Shown here piece after piece: positions 40,437 through 50,204 of a DNA stretch of 64,000 bases; the first letter of the stretch is position 1; every line of letters begins with the position of its first letter. The position numbers and the translations under genes are program-made. Below the pieces are notes generated by a model. That model was given only the letters and a program-made list of their open reading frames with translations, did no database searches and was not told where the DNA came from. Origin of the DNA: an uncultured Rubripirellula sp. (GTDB lineage: Bacteria > Planctomycetota > Planctomycetia > Pirellulales > Pirellulaceae); contig CALKGR010000001.1 in the NCBI GenBank assembly GCA_938085445.1, positions 151,792 to 215,791 on the forward strand, written 5' to 3'.

Positions 40437-41098
40437 TGCAAGTATCTCTGAAGTTTTTCCAGGGCGAAGATCGCCCCTTAACCAAAAAGGGAAGATTTAG
40501 AGAGCGGTTGGCCTCGTGAATCCACTTCATTCATGACGACCGCAACACCCAGCATAGACAGTGGTGAGTGAAAAGATCTGTATCGGGTGCAGAAAAAAAC
40601 CATCCTACAGCAGATGCAGGCATTTGTGATTCGGGTGATTAGAAGGCGACTTAACGTGTTGCCACGGTCTTGAGCCGGCATTTGGACACACACGGCCGAG
40701 TCACAAGCTAGTATAGTGAACGCAAGTGATCTAGCACCGGCAGTTTCCGGATGAAGAAACGCTGGAAAAAGCCAATCACACGCCCTAACCGTTACAGACT
40801 GCTCGCTTTCGCACCTGCCCGTTGAAACCCTTTATAAATGTCTTAACTGCTGATATCGCGAGAGCCCGTTCAGTCCCACCGGTCTCCTTGAAGAACCGAC
40901 GTCCAAACCCGAGAATCAACGACTTATATTCACCGAAAAGTCAGTCCAGAGACGAGGATGTGAAGGATTCCTGCCAGTATCACCGATATCTAGTCAGGCG
41001 AGGCGTTCCACCCAACATCACCCCAATTTTTCAATCGCACGAAAAGAACTTACCAGACAAGATGTCTGAGGCGATTGACGCCGACTGATTAAAAACTC

Positions 41099-42028
41099 AT
41101 GCCAGACCCTTCGCACATCCTCGTCGTGGACGACAGTCCAACACAACTTCGGCAAATACAATTTTTGCTTGAACGAGAGGGTTTCGTCGTCCAATCTGCC
41201 CTTGATGGAGTGCAAGCCCTCGCATCCATCGAAGACAATATGCCGATGCTAGTCGTGACCGACTTGCAGATGCCCGAGATGAATGGATTGGAATTGGTTG
41301 CCTCGGTGAAGGAGACAATCCCATCGCTCCCGGTCATTTTGACTACCAGTCAGGGCAGCGAAGAGATCGCAAGTCAAGCATTGAAAGCTGGCGCGGCAAG
41401 CTACGTTCCAAAACGTGAACTGAATGATACCCTGATTCCTGTGCTGCAGCAGGTGATGGCCGTCAACAAGGCAGCCAAAGCTGTGCCGAACGTGGCCCAG
41501 AACGCGGTCGAAAGCAACATCACACTAGAGGTAACGAACGACGAATCTAAAATTCCAGATATCATTTCCCGACTGGAATTGCCGATGGTCGAACTTGACC
41601 TGTTTGATGAAGGCGAAAGGATGCAAATCGCCATGGCGTTGGACGAAGCACTCTTGAACGCGATGATCCATGGCAACCTTGAAGTTTCTTCAGAGTTGCG
41701 ACAAAGCGATGATGGGGCGCCCTACGTCAGTATGATCGCCCAACGAAAAAACGAAGCTCCCTACTGCGATCGCAAAGTCACGATCAAGCTGGAAGCATCC
41801 AGCGAACAAATCACCTTTACCATTCGCGATGACGGACCTGGGTTTGACGCCGCCGCATTGCGCGACCCCACAGACCCGGAAAATATCGAGCGTGCCGGCG
41901 GTCGGGGCTTGTTGTTGATCAATGCCTTTATGGATGAAGTTAGTCATAACGAGGTCGGCAACGAGATTCGCATGGTCAAACGTAAAGCGACCGGTGATGG
42001 CAAAGAATCTGACGGGGGCGCTGAGTAA
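41099..42028 (+). CDS. Response regulator receiver fused to an RsbW-like HATPase domain
   Basis: ILVVDD, TDLQMP, YVPK; EALLNAMIHGN, DDGPGFD, GGRGLLLI. Confidence 0.88.
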   Translation: MPDPSHILVVDDSPTQLRQIQFLLEREGFVVQSALDGVQALASIEDNMPMLVVTDLQMPEMNGLELVASVKETIPSLPVILTTSQGSEEIASQALKAGAASYVPKRELNDTLIPVLQQVMAVNKAAKAVPNVAQNAVESNITLEVTNDESKIPDIISRLELPMVELDLFDEGERMQIAMALDEALLNAMIHGNLEVSSELRQSDDGAPYVSMIAQRKNEAPYCDRKVTIKLEASSEQITFTIRDDGPGFDAAALRDPTDPENIERAGGRGLLLINAFMDEVSHNEVGNEIRMVKRKATGDGKESDGGAE

Positions 42029-42455
42029 AAACTCGAACCGAAACTAATTGTTTCAGTCTCATAACAACGCTGAAATGAAGGTTTCGGAAGCCCAGTCTGT
42101 GATCTCAGCTTTAGCCGGTTCGGGCACTTTCCAGAAACTAGCAGCTGGTGAAGGGTTAATGATCCAGCTGAATTGGTCGCAGCCCTCTGCATGCGAATGA
42201 TAACCACTCAGCAGAATAGCCCAACCGCTGAAAGGCTTCACTGCTACCCCTGCCGGTATAATGCTCGGCATTTCCCCGGAGTTCAACCTTGCTTGTGGCT
42301 GAAACCGCCGCACGCCGTGACTGAGTGAACTTCAGCCTTGGGATCAAAATAGGCAAAACCAGGAAACGAGGGGTGAGAAAAACAGGTTTCTGCACTCTTT
42401 CGAACTGGGCCGCATAATCAAGCTCAACCTATCACTTCCATAATCTGAATGACCG

Positions 42456-43931
42456 ATGGCGATTCCTTCGATACGGCATACGCACGCCAATGACCACCTC
42501 GTGAGAGAAGACGGTGACTATGTCCTTTACTGGATGACGGCGTTCCGACGCCTCAACGACAATTTTGCGCTCCAGCATGCAGTTGATCGTGCTCGCCAAT
42601 TCGGCAAGCCTCTGATCGTATTCGAACCATTGCGACTGCGTTACCGCTGGGCGAGCGATCGGCTTCACCGATTCGTTATTGAGGGGATGAGAGATAACGA
42701 GAAATCATTTCGCAAGCGTCCGGTTACGTACTTCCCTTTCATCGAAACGGAATCCGGAACAGCATCACCTCTCTTGCATGAATTGGCAGCCAAAGCCTGC
42801 ACAATTGTCACTGACGAGTACCCGTGTTTCTTTCATCCAACGATGATCCGTGTCGCTCGAAATCGTCTACCGGCAAGGCTTGAACTAGTAGACAGCAACG
42901 GTGTGATACCTCTTCGCACGCCGGAACGCACCTTCACTGTCGCCCATAGCTATCGGCGTTGGATGCAGAAAAACATTCTGGACAACCTGATGGAAATGCC
43001 AAAAGAAGATCCGCTGAAAGGAGTCAAACTTCCGCGTCTGGATTCGATACCAAAATCGATTTTGGAAAAGTGGCCACCCTCCGACCTCAGTCACTTTCTT
43101 GATGGTGGCGGGATCCAGAGTCTTCCCATTGATCATGAGGTCAAAGCCAGTACCACCGTCACCGGGGGTTCTTCAGATGCAAAAGCTCGATTGGATCGAT
43201 TTTTGAATCAGAACCTTAAGGTTTACGGTACCGACCGTAACCATCCAGACGAACGCGTCACGACCGGCCTGAGTCCACATCTTCATTTCGGCCATATTTC
43301 TGCACACGAAATCGTTCGACAATTGTTGGACAAGGAAAGTTGGACGCCGGACAGAGCGTCACCTGCTAACGGAAAGAATCATGGGTTCTGGAACACGAGC
43401 GAACCAGCTGAGGCATTCCTTGATCAAGTGCTGACTTGGCGGGAGATGGGTTTTAACCTGAGTTTCAGGCAGCCTCACAACTACGACAAATTCGAGTCAC
43501 TGCCGGATTGGGCTCAAAAAACACTGTACGAGCACGCGAGCGACGAACGCCCTTACCTTTATACTCTCGAAGAATTTGAGCACGCTCAAACAGCCGACCC
43601 CATCTGGAACGCAGCTCAACGCGAAATCGTAGAAACCGGTGTGATGCACAACTACATGCGAATGCTGTGGGGAAAGAAAATCCTGCACTGGACCAAATCT
43701 CCGCATGAGGCCCTGTCCATCATGATCGAGTTGAACAACAAATACGGGCTCGATGGTCGAGATCCCAACTCGTACAACGGTATTTTTTGGGTTTTGGGGC
43801 GTTACGACCGGGCTTGGGGACCCAAAAGACCTATTTTCGGCAGTGTGAGATACATGACCAGTGAATCTGCGAGCAAAAAGCTCAGGCTTAAAAAGTACCT
43901 GAATCGCTTCGGACCTGATCGGCTTGTCTGA
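42456..43931 (+). CDS. phrB: Class II CPD deoxyribodipyrimidine photolyase
   Basis: VLYWM...DNFAL, LSPHLHFGHIS, HNYMRMLWGKKIL, DGRDPNSY. Confidence 0.88.
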   Translation: MAIPSIRHTHANDHLVREDGDYVLYWMTAFRRLNDNFALQHAVDRARQFGKPLIVFEPLRLRYRWASDRLHRFVIEGMRDNEKSFRKRPVTYFPFIETESGTASPLLHELAAKACTIVTDEYPCFFHPTMIRVARNRLPARLELVDSNGVIPLRTPERTFTVAHSYRRWMQKNILDNLMEMPKEDPLKGVKLPRLDSIPKSILEKWPPSDLSHFLDGGGIQSLPIDHEVKASTTVTGGSSDAKARLDRFLNQNLKVYGTDRNHPDERVTTGLSPHLHFGHISAHEIVRQLLDKESWTPDRASPANGKNHGFWNTSEPAEAFLDQVLTWREMGFNLSFRQPHNYDKFESLPDWAQKTLYEHASDERPYLYTLEEFEHAQTADPIWNAAQREIVETGVMHNYMRMLWGKKILHWTKSPHEALSIMIELNNKYGLDGRDPNSYNGIFWVLGRYDRAWGPKRPIFGSVRYMTSESASKKLRLKKYLNRFGPDRLV

Positions 43932-44048
43932 ACTTGCAGAAATGGCACAAATGGAGGTCAATGCCGGCCCATTGGGTCCTCCAGGCAAAAAAAATGGCTC
44001 TTAACACCGATCTGAAGCCGTTTTCATGCTGAATCGCGCCGAAAGGCC

Positions 44049-44077
44049 TTGCCCAGTAGGGCGAGGCTCGATAGATT
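44049..44077 (+). promoter_or_regulatory. Putative sigma-70 promoter of rplM-rpsI
   Basis: TTGCCC-17 nt-TAGATT about 85 bp upstream of rplM. Confidence 0.5.
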
Positions 44078-44160
44078 CCTCGATTCCCCGCACTACGGCA
44101 AATTTCCGTAATCAGCGGTTTTCGATCCCGACTCCATTCAATCCATAAGTTAATTCCGTG

Positions 44161-44610
44161 GTGGCCCAACCTACAACCATGGCCAAGAAAGGCCAAATCG
44201 AGCAGCAGTGGTATGTCGTCGATGCCTCCGACGAGGTCCTCGGTAGATTGGCAAGTGATATCGCTGTCGTCCTGATGGGCAAGCACCGTCCTACCTACAC
44301 GCCTCACGTTGATTGCGGTGACTTCGTGGTCGTCGTGAACGCAGAGAAAGTCGGCATGACCGGCAAGAAGATGGATGATCGCCACTACACTTGGTACACC
44401 GGATATCCAGGGCTTCGCCTTGAAAGCTATGGTGATCGAAAAGAGCGAAAGCCAGAGGATTTGATCTATCACGCAGTTCGTCGGATGCTTCCGAAGAATA
44501 AATTGGCCTATCAGATGATCAAGAAACTCAAGATCTATTCGGGTCCGGATCATCCCCACACTGCACAACAGCCTGAAACACTACAGCGAACTGGTAAAAA
44601 AGTTTCCTAA
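44161..44610 (+). CDS. rplM: 50S ribosomal protein L13
   Basis: WYVVDA, LGRLAS, GKHRPTYTPHVDCGD, AVRRMLPKN; GTG start at 44158 or 44161. Confidence 0.98.
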   Translation: MAQPTTMAKKGQIEQQWYVVDASDEVLGRLASDIAVVLMGKHRPTYTPHVDCGDFVVVVNAEKVGMTGKKMDDRHYTWYTGYPGLRLESYGDRKERKPEDLIYHAVRRMLPKNKLAYQMIKKLKIYSGPDHPHTAQQPETLQRTGKKVS

Positions 44611-44668
44611 GCAGAACTTTTGCCAAACTCACTCCCAACAACACACCACCTAAGCAGCATTTGAACCT

Positions 44669-45082
44669 ATGGTCGCCGTCAAAAAGGACAAGATTTCCGG
44701 AGATGCACTCGGCACTGGCCGACGAAAAAGTAGCGTAGCTCGAGTTCGTGTACGCCCCGGAAATGGAACGATCACCGTCAATCGTAAGCCAATGTCGGAC
44801 TATTTCGTCAACGATCAGCATCAAGCTGCGATCGTTGCGACGCTTTCCGCCGTCGAAAAGTCCGATCAAGTTGACGTTTTGGTGCGAGTTTCAGGTGGTG
44901 GCATGACTGGCCAAAGCGGAGCTGTTCGCATGGGCTTGGCTCGTGCGTTGGTGAGCATGGACGAATCCCTCCATGAATTGCTTCGTGAGGGCGGGTTCTT
45001 GACTCGAGACTCGCGAATGAAAGAACGTAAGAAGCCAGGCCTTCGAGGTGCTCGTCGCGGCGTCCAGTTCAGCAAGCGTTAA
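44669..45082 (+). CDS. rpsI: 30S ribosomal protein S9
   Basis: GTGRRKSSVARV, GGGMTGQSGA, LTRDSRMKERKK, QFSKR. Confidence 0.98.
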   Translation: MVAVKKDKISGDALGTGRRKSSVARVRVRPGNGTITVNRKPMSDYFVNDQHQAAIVATLSAVEKSDQVDVLVRVSGGGMTGQSGAVRMGLARALVSMDESLHELLREGGFLTRDSRMKERKKPGLRGARRGVQFSKR

Positions 45083-45353
45083 CTCGTTTGTGTTTTCCTG
45101 ATCGCCTCGCTGGGTCGCTTGAGCCAAGGCTGTAGAAGACATCAATATTCCACCTCTCGGGGGGTGGCATAGAAAAAATGTCCCGCACCATTGTGCGGGC
45201 AGCGCATATTGTGCTCATTGTTGAACTTGTGGCTCACGCTTGACCATTCCGATGTGAACAGTGTCATTGCCACTCTCTCGAACATCGATACAACCGATGG
45301 CTTGGTGATTTCGTTTCACCTATCGAGAGCGATTCCTGATTTGAGGTTTGGTT

Positions 45354-45575
45354 TTGGGAAATAAAGAAGAAGCCTTCGAGGTCGAAGGAACCGTCACACA
45401 AGCATTGGCAAATACTCGATTCCGCGTGCAACTGGAGACAGGCAGCGAAGTCATGGCACATGTGGCCGGCCGAATGCGAAAACACTTCATCCGCATCGTT
45501 CCGGGCGATAAGGTCCGAGTAGAACTTTCGCCCTACGATCTCACGAAGGGTCGGATCGTTTATCGCGAGAGATAG
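45354..45575 (+). CDS. infA: Translation initiation factor IF-1
   Basis: [42 protein letters not shown] start 7 nt after GAGG. Confidence 0.97.
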   Translation: MGNKEEAFEVEGTVTQALANTRFRVQLETGSEVMAHVAGRMRKHFIRIVPGDKVRVELSPYDLTKGRIVYRER

Positions 45576-45955
45576 CCCCCCTTCTGAGGAGGGTGATTCC
45601 AAAAACCGGTGTGACACGGAAAGCTGGATTAAGCCAAACGGTAATTAGTCGCTTAGATTGGCTGATCAATCGCCCGGTTTTCATATAAACTAGCCAACAA
45701 CTTTGGCTTTCTGCGCCCCAGGCCGTGTTGCTTGTCGCCAAGTCAAAGTGGCTTTTTTTCTAAGAGTCCCGAAACCGTCACAACGGTTCATAGGTACATA
45801 GTAGTATCCGAGCTTGAACGAGCGGACGGTGATCTTAGTGCGTCTTGATCGCCTGTCGCCGCTCGCAGACTCGAATTCCCGAACAGTCAAATTCCAATAC
45901 CCCGGTGGACTCCTTTGCTCCGCCAGTCACTGCTTCCCAGAGGAAGGTTTTTACA

Positions 45956-47650
45956 ATGGTGTTTTCGAATCGTTTGATTCGCCGTGGCTTGATGGCCTCC
46001 GCGATGGCCGTGGGTGTCCTTCTGTCGGCTCCCAACTCATGGCTGCCTAAAGCAACCGCTCAAGATAGCGATGCTGCTTCCAATGAACCCGTTCTTGTTG
46101 TGACTCTCGGGTCTGTCAACAAGCTGACACAAGACATCAATTACGTCACTGGGGTCGCTGGACAGGCTCAAGCTGGTGGAATGTTCGGCCTGCTTGCAGG
46201 CACATTCACGCAGGGCTTGGACATGACCCGCCCGATCGGCGTGGTCGTCCCCATGGTCAACGGAATGCCGCAGCCACTTGCATTACTTCCTACCAACGAC
46301 ATCAAAACAGTACTGAAGCGACTGGAGGCTCAGACTGGCCCATACGATGAAGAAAAAGATGGCACACTCAGAATCATTGTTGGTGCAAACGTGGTTCACA
46401 TCCAACAAAAAGGTGACTGGGCAGTCATGGGCACAGCCAAAGACGTCTTGGCTTTGGCACCAAAAGATCCCAGTGCTCTGTTTGAAGGCATGGGAAACAA
46501 GTACGACATCGCCGTTCGAATGAAAATGCAGCAGATCCCCGCTGAAACACGGGGCATGCTGACAACTCAACTTAAAATGGGATTCGAGCAGGCGATGGCA
46601 CTGCAGAATGGTCCTGATGCGGAAGCCAGTCGTGAGACTGCGGAAAATGCAATCGAGCAACTGGAACAACTGATCGAAGATACCGATCAGTTGCAGTTCG
46701 GATTCAACATCGACCAGGCGAAGCAAAAAATTTCGATTGGTGGCAGCTACACAGCCGTTCCCGGTAGCAAACTAGCAACGATGTACGATGGAATTAAAGC
46801 GATCCCTTCTCAGTTCGCCTCTGTGATCCGGCAAGATGCTGCTATGTATTTACACCAGGCTGCTTCTATCAGCCCAGAGGCGATTGAAGACACCGAGGCC
46901 AGCATGGAAGCATCCTTGGGTGCTGTCCGAACTGCCTTGGACAGCCAAGCTGGTCTCACGGATAGCCAACGCGATGACATCAATGCGCTGGTAGATCGAG
47001 TCATTGAACTCTCGGTCAAGTCTGCAGCAGAGGGGAAAAGTGATCTTGGTGCTTTACTGCTGGCAGACGAAGAAGACGGGTTCAAGTTTGTGTTCGGTGC
47101 ATTCGTTGCTGACGGAAGCGAAGTTGCAGCAATCGCAAAAGAGGTTGCATCCAAAGTTGAAAATGAGCCAGGCGCACCTGAGTTCAAATTCGACATTGGC
47201 AACTACAACGGTGTCACGATGCACATGGTTGAGGCTGAAATTCCAGCATCACAGGACGAAGCCCGTCGCATGTTCGGCGACAAATTGAGTGTCCACATCG
47301 GCACTGGCAAGCAATCGGTTTATTTGGCGTTCGGAAAAGGTAGTGACAGTTTGATGAAAGAACTGATCGACTCTGGCAAAAAGAAGAACTCGGCTGATCG
47401 TCCTGTCGGTCAAATGCGAATGACCATGATGCCGATGTTGAAGTATGCCCAGTCGATTGAGTCCAACGACACATTAGCTGCCATGATTGACGCCCTGACA
47501 AGATCACCCGATCAGGGTGATATGAGCTTCGTTGCAGAATCAATTGAGAATGGTCAGAATTTCTCGTTTGACATTGGTGAAGGAATCCTTCAGGCAATTG
47601 GTGCGGCAGTGCAACAGACACAGCAAGGCCTGCCTGCCGGTCAGTTCTAA
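45956..47650 (+). CDS. Secreted hypothetical protein
   Basis: 564-aa ORF; GAGGAAGG Shine-Dalgarno; signal peptide containing RR; no recognised motif. Confidence 0.8.
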   Translation: MVFSNRLIRRGLMASAMAVGVLLSAPNSWLPKATAQDSDAASNEPVLVVTLGSVNKLTQDINYVTGVAGQAQAGGMFGLLAGTFTQGLDMTRPIGVVVPMVNGMPQPLALLPTNDIKTVLKRLEAQTGPYDEEKDGTLRIIVGANVVHIQQKGDWAVMGTAKDVLALAPKDPSALFEGMGNKYDIAVRMKMQQIPAETRGMLTTQLKMGFEQAMALQNGPDAEASRETAENAIEQLEQLIEDTDQLQFGFNIDQAKQKISIGGSYTAVPGSKLATMYDGIKAIPSQFASVIRQDAAMYLHQAASISPEAIEDTEASMEASLGAVRTALDSQAGLTDSQRDDINALVDRVIELSVKSAAEGKSDLGALLLADEEDGFKFVFGAFVADGSEVAAIAKEVASKVENEPGAPEFKFDIGNYNGVTMHMVEAEIPASQDEARRMFGDKLSVHIGTGKQSVYLAFGKGSDSLMKELIDSGKKKNSADRPVGQMRMTMMPMLKYAQSIESNDTLAAMIDALTRSPDQGDMSFVAESIENGQNFSFDIGEGILQAIGAAVQQTQQGLPAGQF

Positions 47651-47705
47651 ACGGCCATTGCAGCGAAAAAAACTTCGTGAAAATGTATCGTTACATGATA
47701 ATTAC

Positions 47706-47738
47706 AAAGGCCGCCGGAAATCTCACCGGCGGTCTTTT
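47706..47738 (+). terminator. Rho-independent terminator
   Basis: aaaggccgccgg-aaatctca-ccggcggtctttt. Confidence 0.8.
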
Positions 47739-47767
47739 CTATTGATGTATGTAGTCAAACAAAATGA

Positions 47768-48676
47768 ATGGATGCCAAAACCATGAGCCCCATGAAAAAA
47801 AAGAAGATCTTCGCAATCTGCTTTGTCGTCGGAATGGTCGGCGGTTACTACTACTATCAATCACTCGAACAAAGCTCCAAGGAGATCGTCAACGCTACCC
47901 CTAAAGCAACTGAAACCACAGCAACCGAAACCACTGAGCATACTGCGGTCACGATTTCAGATGTGCTCGACATGGCTCAATCTGCAAGAAAACATCTTTC
48001 GACGACGCTAAATGACTACACCGCTCGTTTCGTAAAGCAGGAGGTAGACGTCAATGGAAAACTGACACCTGAATCTGAAATCCAGCTCAAAGTACAAACG
48101 CGTTGTCGCAATAAAAACAATGACGCTCCCATGCGCGTTTATCTCGCTTTCAATGCACCTCAGAATTTAAAGGGACGTGAAGTCATCTGGGGTGCCGATC
48201 TGTTTGACGGAACGATGGCTGTCCATGAAGTTGGACTGCTGCTCGGATTGAAGACTTTGTGGCTCGATCCAACCGGATTCCTCGCTATGCAGGGACAGCG
48301 GTATCCCATTAGCGAGATTGGCATCATGCGACTGATCGATAAATTGATTGAACGCGGAGAAAACGATCGGGATAACCCTGACATTAGCGTTAACATCATC
48401 GAGGATCAGATGCTCGACGACACCCCGACCAAAGTGATCCAAATTCGCCGCAGTAAGCCATCGAACCAGGAGGACGACTTTTCGTTGGCCGAAGTCACCC
48501 TCGATCCAGAACGACAGTTAATTCTCGGCTACCGAGCATTTGGTTGGCCTGATGAACCAAATGGTGAGCCAGTTCTGCTTGAAGCGTATACCTACCATGA
48601 TGTGAGAATCAATGTGGGGCTCACGGATGCTGATTTTGATCCAAAGAATTCAGATTATAATTTTCCCGCGTTGTAA
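47768..48676 (+). CDS. DUF1571-like protein
   Basis: DYTARFVKQE, GREVIW, RYPISEIGI, LLEAYTYHDVRINVGLTDADFDP resemble the DUF1571 pattern; N-terminal anchor. Confidence 0.75.
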   Translation: MDAKTMSPMKKKKIFAICFVVGMVGGYYYYQSLEQSSKEIVNATPKATETTATETTEHTAVTISDVLDMAQSARKHLSTTLNDYTARFVKQEVDVNGKLTPESEIQLKVQTRCRNKNNDAPMRVYLAFNAPQNLKGREVIWGADLFDGTMAVHEVGLLLGLKTLWLDPTGFLAMQGQRYPISEIGIMRLIDKLIERGENDRDNPDISVNIIEDQMLDDTPTKVIQIRRSKPSNQEDDFSLAEVTLDPERQLILGYRAFGWPDEPNGEPVLLEAYTYHDVRINVGLTDADFDPKNSDYNFPAL

Positions 48677-48866
48677 CTGTAGAATGCAGGACTCAGGAAT
48701 CAGCTGGCCGGCCGGCCAATAAACTGGGAACGCGGCAAGCACCTATATTGATGCTGAGCATCAGTTCGTTGCATGTGACGATGCCAAACAAATAAATTTG
48801 CCACACGATTCTTGCGGCATACACACAAACTACCTTTGCAAATTTCACCTGAAGGCCTGAATACGA

Positions 48867-50204
48867 ATGATCCATGACCGCCTGCAGCATCGCATTCCCA
48901 TTCTCTTTGCTACCCTGCTTTCTATATCACTTATCTCTTCATCTTTCGCATTGGCTGATGACTTTCCGCAATGGCGTGGGGTCAATCGTGACGGTGTAAT
49001 CCATGAAAATAATCTGATGGAAGAACTGCCCGAGGGTGAATTGCCCCGAAAATGGTCCGTGCCGATTGGATCTGGTTACAGTGGCCCTACCATCGCCAAG
49101 GGCAAGGTCTATGTGACGGATCGTGGCATTGGGGAATCTGACAATCAAGTTGAACGCATCCTCTGTTTCGATGCAGAAAGTGGTAAGCAGATATGGGAAC
49201 ACAGCTACAAAGTCAATTACAACGATGACGAATACAACATTGGCTATAAGGCGGGGCCGCGGGCGGCTGTCACCATCCACGATGGCAAAGCGGTATCGGT
49301 TGGTGCGATGGGCAACCTGAAGTGCCTTGATGCATCTTCCGGCCAGATCATCTGGGAACACCAACTGGCGAGTGAATACAAGGTAAAGATGCCAATCTGG
49401 GGAATCACTGCCGCGCCACTGATTTACGACGACTTGGTGATTCAAATTGCTGCTGGTTCAGCTGGCGCATGCGTGGTCGCTTTCGATTTGCAAACAGGCA
49501 AAGAAAAGTGGCAAGCGCTTGATGAACTCGCGGGCTACAGTGCACCGATCATGATCCGCCAAGGTCAACAGGATGTCGCAGTATGCTGGACAGGCGAGAG
49601 CGTGACTGGCTTGGATCCCAAAACCGGCAAAACTCTGTGGAGATTACCCATGGAGTCACGAAACATGCCGATCGGTGTCGCGACTCCTGTTACCTCAGGA
49701 AAATATCTGTTCGTGTCTTCATTTTATGATGGTTCGATGTTGATCGAACTGAACCTCGAGAAACCTGAGGTCAAGCAGGTGTGGCGACGAATTGGCAGAA
49801 ATGAACGCAACACGGATTCCCTGCACTGCATGATCAGCACTCCCTTGATCAAAGGAAAATTCATTTATGGTGTCGACAGCTACGGTGAACTCAGGTGCCT
49901 GGACCTGACCACGGGTGACCGCATCTGGGAAGATACCACCGCCGTCCCAAAAGCCAGATGGGCAACCATTCACACGATGCGAAATGGGGATCGGGAAATC
50001 ATGCTGAATGACCAAGGCGAGTTGATTTTTGCAAATCTGAACCCCAAAGGCTTCGAGGAATCGTCGCGAACGAAGTTACTAGCTCCCACGCTTCGACAAC
50101 TTCCACGCCGAAACGGCGTGACATGGGCTCACCCCGCAATTGCCAATGGTGTCATCTTTGCACGAAGCGATAGTGAATTGGTCGCTGCTCCGTTGACCAA
50201 ATGA
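48867..50204 (+). CDS. Secreted PQQ-binding-like beta-propeller protein
   Basis: ADDFPQWRGVNRDG, GYSGP, repeated CxDAxxGxxxW blades, WAHPAIANG. Confidence 0.88.
   Translation: MIHDRLQHRIPILFATLLSISLISSSFALADDFPQWRGVNRDGVIHENNLMEELPEGELPRKWSVPIGSGYSGPTIAKGKVYVTDRGIGESDNQVERILCFDAESGKQIWEHSYKVNYNDDEYNIGYKAGPRAAVTIHDGKAVSVGAMGNLKCLDASSGQIIWEHQLASEYKVKMPIWGITAAPLIYDDLVIQIAAGSAGACVVAFDLQTGKEKWQALDELAGYSAPIMIRQGQQDVAVCWTGESVTGLDPKTGKTLWRLPMESRNMPIGVATPVTSGKYLFVSSFYDGSMLIELNLEKPEVKQVWRRIGRNERNTDSLHCMISTPLIKGKFIYGVDSYGELRCLDLTTGDRIWEDTTAVPKARWATIHTMRNGDREIMLNDQGELIFANLNPKGFEESSRTKLLAPTLRQLPRRNGVTWAHPAIANGVIFARSDSELVAAPLTK

Noticed and set aside
40822..41088. 88-aa ORF upstream of the REC-HATPase gene
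   Set aside because: TTG start with no clear Shine-Dalgarno or motif; cannot be supported without homology
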